Of a DNA stretch of 27,381 bases, positions 23,045 through 27,381 are shown piece after piece. Positions within the stretch are counted from its first letter, which is position 1. The number at the start of each line of letters is the position of its first letter. Under the pieces are notes generated by a model that saw nothing but the letters and a program-made list of their open reading frames with translations, was not told the origin of the DNA and made no database searches. The DNA comes from an uncultured virus (IMG/VR IMGVR_UViG_3300042540_001015) (taxonomy: Duplodnaviria > Heunggongvirae > Uroviricota > Caudoviricetes). The DNA lies in IMG/VR virus record IMGVR_UViG_3300042540_001015; one strand, written 5' to 3'. The position numbers were made by a program, and so were the translations under genes.

Positions 23045-23283
23045 TGGACTATGACTTCATTATTCGCGCCGGTGCCGTGGTGGCGGGAGTTGCTCTCCTG
23101 GCGGGTCCGCGTCTGGTGGCAGTTGCCAAGACGTTCCGACTTCCCGTCGCCGCAAAAGAAGACGTGATGGCCGACGCCCACACGATCCTGGAGATCGCGA
23201 GCCGACTCAAGACCGCCGGAAACCTGAAGGGCGTCGAACTGTGCAAGTCTCTCATCGACACCATCCTGGGGGCGAAGGCGTGA
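23044..23283 (+). CDS. Small membrane protein
   Basis: Hydrophobic segment AGAVVAGVALLAGP; TGATG coupling. Confidence 0.65.
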   Translation: MDYDFIIRAGAVVAGVALLAGPRLVAVAKTFRLPVAAKEDVMADAHTILEIASRLKTAGNLKGVELCKSLIDTILGAKA

Positions 23284-23753
23284 ACTTCCGGACCGTCGCG
23301 GCAGTCGCTCTTATCGCGGTTGGCCTCCTTGGCCTGCCGTCGCTGCCAGACGTTCAGCCAGGCGTTTCCGCTTCGGAGCCATCAGAAGACATGAAAACCG
23401 CAGTCAAGTCGGTCGTGAAGGTCGCCGCGAAGATGAGCCCGATCGACCGGCTCTGGCTACAGCACATCTACGAGAACTTCGCGAAGGTCGTGTCGGCCGA
23501 CGGCATCGTCGAAGAGCCGACGATCACCTCGACTGACTCGCTGCGGGCTGTCCACGTTGCCGTGCTTAAGTTCATCTGGAGAGGCATGGCGGACAACTCG
23601 CCCTCGAAGTACGAGGGGCTCGCCGAGGCGATCGACGATGCGATGAACTCTGTCATCTCGGACGACTCTCGGCCCCTGACGCCCGAGATGCGGACGAAGG
23701 CGGCCGAGTTGTGCAAGGCAATTGCCTGGGCAGGGCTCGGAAAGGACCAGTAG
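23280..23753 (+). CDS. Signal-peptide/membrane-anchored helical protein
   Basis: MNFRTVAAVALIAVGLLG; GTGA overlap. Confidence 0.7.
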   Translation: MNFRTVAAVALIAVGLLGLPSLPDVQPGVSASEPSEDMKTAVKSVVKVAAKMSPIDRLWLQHIYENFAKVVSADGIVEEPTITSTDSLRAVHVAVLKFIWRGMADNSPSKYEGLAEAIDDAMNSVISDDSRPLTPEMRTKAAELCKAIAWAGLGKDQ

Positions 23754-23754
23754 C

Positions 23755-24693
23755 ATGGCCGCTGCGTGGAGGCCCGAGGGCTACGTCCCCAATCCGAAGG
23801 CCGCCGAGAAGTACGTCTCCAGTCTCAAGTGGCCGACGCTCGCTGAGGCCGGGCCGGAACTCAAGAGTGACGACAAGCGTGACGTCGTCCTCTGGCCCGC
23901 GATCGTCAAGGTGAAGCCCAACTACTCGCGAGTGGCCCAAGCCATCGGCAGTTGTGTAGGGCATGGGTTCGCCGGATGTATTGATGCTCTGTCCTCGACG
24001 GAAATCGTCGTCCACGGCGAGGCCGAAGACTGGCCCGGCCGATGCCTGGAGGCGTCGATTTACAGCCTGTCGAGGGTCGAAGCCAGGGGGCTCACTCGGA
24101 ACTACGGAGGAGATGGAAGTTACGGAGCCGCCGCCGCAAAAGCGGTCACCGAGTGGGGCTGCCTCCACTACGACGTCGACTACAACGGCACCATCTTCAA
24201 GGAATACTCAGGAACGAGAGAGAAGCAGTGGGGAGCAAGTGGCCTGCCCGATGAACTCGAACCGTTCGCGAAGAAGCGGCGAGTGGCTACGGCAACACTT
24301 GTCACCAACTTCAAGCAACTCTGCGACGCGATCTCCAGTGGATATCCGGTCGCCCAGTGCAGCCAACAGGGCTTCGTGTTCAAGAGAGACGAAGACGGAT
24401 TCTGCAAAGCGAACAACGCTGGCTGGAGCCACTGCACGGCGTTCATCGGCAAGAGAATGGGTAAGAGGCCCGGGGCGTTGTACTGGCAGAGTTGGGGGCC
24501 GAAGAGCAACTCAGGACCTCACTACTCTGGCGTGCCCGGCAAAGAAATGCACCCGGCCTTCGAGGGCTGCACGTTCTGGGTCGACGCTGACGTCGTCGAT
24601 CGGATGCTGAAGGGCCAGGACAGTTACGCCCTATCGGGCTACAAGGGATTTCCTCCCCGCAAACTTCCACGATGGACGGGGGGAATCCTGTGA
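23755..24693 (+). CDS. Papain-like (C1) cysteine protease
   Basis: QAIGSCVGHG (catalytic Cys), DGSYG, WSHC (His), WQSWG (NSWG equivalent), FWV. Confidence 0.8.
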   Translation: MAAAWRPEGYVPNPKAAEKYVSSLKWPTLAEAGPELKSDDKRDVVLWPAIVKVKPNYSRVAQAIGSCVGHGFAGCIDALSSTEIVVHGEAEDWPGRCLEASIYSLSRVEARGLTRNYGGDGSYGAAAAKAVTEWGCLHYDVDYNGTIFKEYSGTREKQWGASGLPDELEPFAKKRRVATATLVTNFKQLCDAISSGYPVAQCSQQGFVFKRDEDGFCKANNAGWSHCTAFIGKRMGKRPGALYWQSWGPKSNSGPHYSGVPGKEMHPAFEGCTFWVDADVVDRMLKGQDSYALSGYKGFPPRKLPRWTGGIL

Positions 24694-24953
24694 AGCGTCT
24701 CCTCGTCGCCGTCGTCCTCGTCGCCGGGTGCGGGTCGCCGCCCGACAGGATGGACCTTCTCTGCGAGTGCTTCGCGACGGCCGCCCGCGACGCGTGCGGG
24801 GCCAAGACCTCGACGCCGAAAGTTGAATGCTGCGGCAAGTGTGGCAACACGGGGAAGGTTCGCAGCGGAGACGGCCAAGCGATCGTTGACTGCCCGTGCC
24901 CAGACAACTGTAAGTGCAAATGCAAGGACGGACGATGCGTGACCAAGAAATGA
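24690..24953 (+). CDS. Cys-rich lipoprotein
   Basis: MKRLLVAVVLVAG-C lipobox; CCGKCGNTGKV..GDG...CPCPDNCKCKC. Confidence 0.72.
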   Translation: MKRLLVAVVLVAGCGSPPDRMDLLCECFATAARDACGAKTSTPKVECCGKCGNTGKVRSGDGQAIVDCPCPDNCKCKCKDGRCVTKK

Positions 24954-25300
24954 AGATTGTGCAGGAAACGATCTGGAAGCAACTTCCGATCGTCCGCAGG
25001 AATCTCGTCGGCCGTGACCGGGTCAACGACCTGATCGCAGTCTCGATCGAACAGTCGCCGGTCGAACTCTTCCGGCACATCACGTCGAGCAACCACTCCC
25101 AGGAGATCGTCCTGGCCGCCTGGGGCCAGAACGTGAAGCGAGGATACTGCCTCGTGAGGGAGTCGACGGACGAGAAGCAGTTTGGGCCGATTTTCTGGAT
25201 TCTGATCGGGCCCCTGCTCCAGGTGATCCTTCAGAAACTGTTGGACTGGTATTTCCGTTCGCCAAAGAACGCGGCATTGATGAGGGGGTGGAAGCGATGA
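24935..25300 (+). CDS. Membrane protein (start 24935 or 24950)
   Basis: C-terminal hydrophobic FGPIFWILIGPLLQVIL. Confidence 0.65.
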   Translation: MRDQEMKIVQETIWKQLPIVRRNLVGRDRVNDLIAVSIEQSPVELFRHITSSNHSQEIVLAAWGQNVKRGYCLVRESTDEKQFGPIFWILIGPLLQVILQKLLDWYFRSPKNAALMRGWKR

Positions 25301-25581
25301 CCGACGGAATGAAAAGGACCCTATTCGACGCCGCCGAGCGGTTCGGGGTCCCGGTCGTGGTCCTGGGGGCGGTGCTCTGGATGTTCCGCGAGGCCGCCAC
25401 TTCGGTCCATCACACACTAATCGTTCCAATAGTCGAGTCGCACACGCAGTTCCTAGAGACGACGTCCGAGACTCTCCATGAGATCGGGAAGACTCAGAAT
25501 CAGCAAGCAGAGACGCTCAAAGAACTGGCCGACAGCCAGAAAGAGATTCATAGAGAACTGACAAGGAGCAAATCACAGTGA
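25297..25581 (+). CDS. Holin-like single-TM coiled-coil protein
   Basis: ERFGVPVVVLGAVLWMF transmembrane segment followed by a coiled coil; ATGA overlap. Confidence 0.55.
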   Translation: MTDGMKRTLFDAAERFGVPVVVLGAVLWMFREAATSVHHTLIVPIVESHTQFLETTSETLHEIGKTQNQQAETLKELADSQKEIHRELTRSKSQ

Positions 25582-25610
25582 TTATCAGCGTCACCGTACT
25601 GTAGAGAACC

Positions 25611-25931
25611 ATGCCATCCTACGACCAGCAACCGGGAAAACTCAGTCTGTCTTTCAAGGCCGGAGACGACTTCTCGGCCTTGGTCGACTTCTCTCCGATC
25701 ACGATGACTGGCTACACGGTCACGGCGTCACTCAATTCGCTCGTCACCGGGGCCGAGGTAACGCCGCTCACGGCCACGCTGTTCTCGGCCGTCGACGGCA
25801 AGGTAAACGTGTCTCTCAGCAAGACTCAGACGTCGCAACTGGCTCGCGGCACCTACGGGTGGTCGCTGGCCTGGACGGCTCCGGGCAACGTCAGGCGATC
25901 AGCACTCACCGGCACCGTTGAGGTTTCCTGA
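25611..25931 (+). CDS. Tail-fibre adaptor-like beta-sandwich virion protein
   Basis: GDDFS...GKVNVSLSKTQT..L..GTY.W.L.W...LTGTVEV; directly upstream of the fibre gene. Confidence 0.6.
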   Translation: MPSYDQQPGKLSLSFKAGDDFSALVDFSPITMTGYTVTASLNSLVTGAEVTPLTATLFSAVDGKVNVSLSKTQTSQLARGTYGWSLAWTAPGNVRRSALTGTVEVS

Positions 25932-27381
25932 TGCCCGAGATCAACGCCAACGTCAGCGAGGAGCAGATCAGCGTCTCCGTGTCTGGCGACAACATCACGG
26001 CGACGGTGTCGGGTGGGGTCGGGCCTGCGGGGACGGCGGCAAAGCACACGCACACGCTGGCGGATATTGACAGCGGCGTCGGCCTAACCCTGGCGGACGG
26101 CGATGCCCCAGCGTTTCTCGGAGAACTCACCGCAAATAGTTACACCGATGCCGTCGATGCCGTGGGCGGGGTCCATGCTGGCAACGCCCTGACGGCGATC
26201 ACAGTATCAAGCATTTTGGATCAAGGCGACAATCCGACCCCGCTTGGGACTGTTGTCACGACTGCGTACAACCAAGCAAACTCTGCGGTCAACGGCGTCG
26301 TCACAGTGGGCACGGTCCTGACAACTGCGCCCGTAACGTGGGCAGCCAATCAAACGCACAACCAAGGCAGGCTGTACGAACGAGACGGCGTCTTGTATCG
26401 CCGCATTGCGACGGGCTCGACCGGCTCGACGTTTGACGCCTCGCAGTACGCGAGGCAGACGCCTAGCGTAGGGGCGACGGCCGGGACGGTGGCGGCAGGG
26501 AACGACGCTCGACTCAGCAACGCGAGAGCACCGCTGCCCCACGTTCACGCCATCTCGGACGTCAGCGGATTGCAGGCTGCGATTGACGGCAAGCAAGCGT
26601 CGGGAACATACGCCACCCTCGTTAGCGGTCTGGTGCCGTCGTCACAACTGCCCTCCTATGTGGACGACGTTCTTGAGTTTGCCAGCCTCGCATCACTCCC
26701 CGCTACCGGCGAGAGCGGGAAAATCTACGTTACAGTAGACACGGCCAAAATTTACCGCTGGTCGGGCAGTGCCTACGTTGAGATCAGCCCCAGCCCCGGC
26801 TCGACGGACAGCGTGACCGAGGGGTCGACAAATCTGTACTACACAAACACGAGGGCTGCGGCGGCCGCTCCGGTGCAGAGCGTAGCCGGTCGTACTGGCG
26901 CAGTCACCCTCGCGAAGGGCGACGTGGGCCTTGGCAACGTCGATAACACGAGCGACGCCAGCAAGCCCATCAGCACGGCGACGCAGACCGCCCTGGATGG
27001 CAAGGTCTCGACCTCCGACTCCCGCCTCTCCGACTCTCGCGAGTGGTCGGCTGCAACTGCGAGCCAAGCCGACGCAGAGGCTGGCACAAGCACAAGCCGG
27101 TTTGCGTTCACGCCCGTCCGCGTATTTCAAGCGATTGCAGCGTGGTGGGCTGCTTCGTCCGCGAAGACGAAACTCGACGGCATCGCTACCGGCGCGACGG
27201 CTAACTCGTCAGACGCGACCCTTCTGGCGAGGGCGAATCACACAGGGACGCAAACGTGGTCAACGATTACTTCCACCCCGACCACCCTGTCGGGCTACGG
27301 GATCACCGATGCTGTTGGTTCATCTGACGCGAGGCTGACTGATGCCCGCACGCCGACAAGCCACGTTCACGGCAACATAAC
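25931..27381 (+). CDS. Tail fibre protein, 3'-truncated (absent from the ORF track)
   Basis: Frame open to the window end; HTH/HVH/HVH motifs, QLPSYVDDVLEF, VQSVAGRTGAVTL, VGLGNVDNTSD, KLDGIA.GAT, TPTTLSGYGITDA. Confidence 0.9.
   Translation, partial: MPEINANVSEEQISVSVSGDNITATVSGGVGPAGTAAKHTHTLADIDSGVGLTLADGDAPAFLGELTANSYTDAVDAVGGVHAGNALTAITVSSILDQGDNPTPLGTVVTTAYNQANSAVNGVVTVGTVLTTAPVTWAANQTHNQGRLYERDGVLYRRIATGSTGSTFDASQYARQTPSVGATAGTVAAGNDARLSNARAPLPHVHAISDVSGLQAAIDGKQASGTYATLVSGLVPSSQLPSYVDDVLEFASLASLPATGESGKIYVTVDTAKIYRWSGSAYVEISPSPGSTDSVTEGSTNLYYTNTRAAAAAPVQSVAGRTGAVTLAKGDVGLGNVDNTSDASKPISTATQTALDGKVSTSDSRLSDSREWSAATASQADAEAGTSTSRFAFTPVRVFQAIAAWWAASSAKTKLDGIATGATANSSDATLLARANHTGTQTWSTITSTPTTLSGYGITDAVGSSDARLTDARTPTSHVHGNI

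Noticed and set aside
1..27381. tRNA, rRNA, integrase, transposase, terminase or capsid genes
   Set aside because: None recognised in the window, so lifestyle and taxonomy cannot be assigned.

Overview
This is a GC-rich, all-plus-strand, gene-dense segment of a tailed dsDNA phage or prophage. The host is not determinable from the window; a diderm host is suggested by the lipoprotein and signal-peptide genes, and Planctomycetota is only a tentative guess. From left to right it contains: (1) small early-type hypothetical genes, an HTH protein and DUF932; (2) a replication/recombination block (SNF2 helicase, exonuclease VIII-like nuclease, SSB-like protein, primase-polymerase, an AT-rich inverted-repeat putative origin, UvrD helicase); (3) an accessory block (secreted trypsin-like protease; a promoter/structured-leader/terminator followed by two paralogous unknown genes flanking a bacterioferritin-like gene with a remodelled metal site; GIY-YIG proteins, gp88-like Fe-S protein, VRR-NUC, GNAT, CAP domain); (4) a methyltransferase plus three glycosyltransferase-like genes bracketed by two paralogous HTH genes; (5) a membrane protein/papain-like protease/lipoprotein cluster that may be an unconventional lysis cassette; (6) the start of a tail fibre gene. 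A 13-nt motif, GTACGGAYACRGG, recurs in intergenic regions. All function calls come from motif recognition by eye; no searches were run.
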